NCBI GenBank assembly: GCA_905182145.1
Contig: CAJJAN010000005.1
Coordinates: 1 to 62,096, forward strand
Length of the DNA stretch: 62,096 nt
Source: an uncultured Pelagibacteraceae bacterium
GTDB lineage: Bacteria > Pseudomonadota > Alphaproteobacteria > Pelagibacterales > AG-422-B15
Reading direction: 5' to 3'
The notes beneath the pieces were generated by a model, which was not told where the DNA came from, did not search any database, and saw only the letters and a program-made list of their open reading frames with translations. The first letter of the stretch is position 1. Every line of letters starts with the position of its first letter. The position numbers were made by a program, and so were the translations under genes. This document shows, in pieces, positions 61,882 to 62,096 of the stretch.

Positions 61882-62096
61882 GTTTTTTTAATAAAATTGA
61901 TTCGAATGATTTGTTAGGTAACGAGCAATTATTTTTTTTTAAATTAATTTTTTAAATTTTTAATTTATAATTTTTTTTATAATTATTTAATTAATTTTAT
62001 TTTTTTACAAAATATACAAAAAAAAACTAATAAAACTAAGTAGTTAACATAATTGTTTAATCTAATGAAAGATTCTCCAAAAAATATAAAATTTTC

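Noticed and set aside
62066-62096. A possible new CDS beginning at ATG 62066 (MKDSPKNIKF...).
   Set aside because: Only 10 codons are visible before the window ends, so it cannot be supported as a feature.

Overview
This is a strongly AT-rich window (by eye about 30% G+C, not computed) that is very gene-dense. Many start/stop codons overlap (ATGA, TAATG) and most spacers are under 100 nt. The gene content and order are alphaproteobacterial housekeeping. They fit a streamlined free-living marine lineage such as SAR11/Pelagibacterales, but that taxonomic call is an inference from composition and synteny only.

Content in order:
- TCA cycle: sucD (3' end), sucA, sucB, lpdA.
- A membrane protein plus di-iron fatty-acid hydroxylase pair.
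- A DExD-box helicase, a Xer recombinase, a small transaldolase and priA.
- The F1 ATP synthase operon atpHAGDC.
- A long minus-strand array: rplU-rpmA-obg-proB-proA-nadD-rsfS-rlmH-ctpA-rppH.
- DUF1015-serC-serA-gpmA, then phaA-phaB.
- gloB-metW-metX, with a riboswitch-like leader upstream of metX.
- hisC and a prephenate dehydrogenase.
- plsC and ydcF-like.
- lysA, a small lipoprotein and argH; tlpA.
- An ethylmalonyl-CoA (EMC) pathway core: etfBA, a PduO-type adenosyltransferase, a HIG1-like protein, mcd and ccr, divergent from ecm plus an esterase.
- coq7-dsbB-yqaA.
- tRNA-Leu(CAA), pabB-pabC and a FATP-type acyl-CoA synthetase.
- ispH followed by a thioesterase-GNAT-FAD oxidoreductase module.
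- rpoH, a photolyase and csaA.

I found no CRISPR array, transposase, phage gene, defence gene or rRNA. I could not identify an obvious novel multi-gene system. The best candidates for new biology are regulatory or RNA-level:
1. A SAM-II/SAM-V-like pseudoknot whose Shine-Dalgarno (SD) site feeds a 14-codon upstream ORF (uORF) that encloses a terminator, upstream of metX.
2. An anomalously long 366-nt structured non-coding spacer after lpdA.
3. The B12-dependent EMC cluster, with near-identical direct repeats in the ccr/ecm divergent promoter region and uncharacterised co-transcribed genes.
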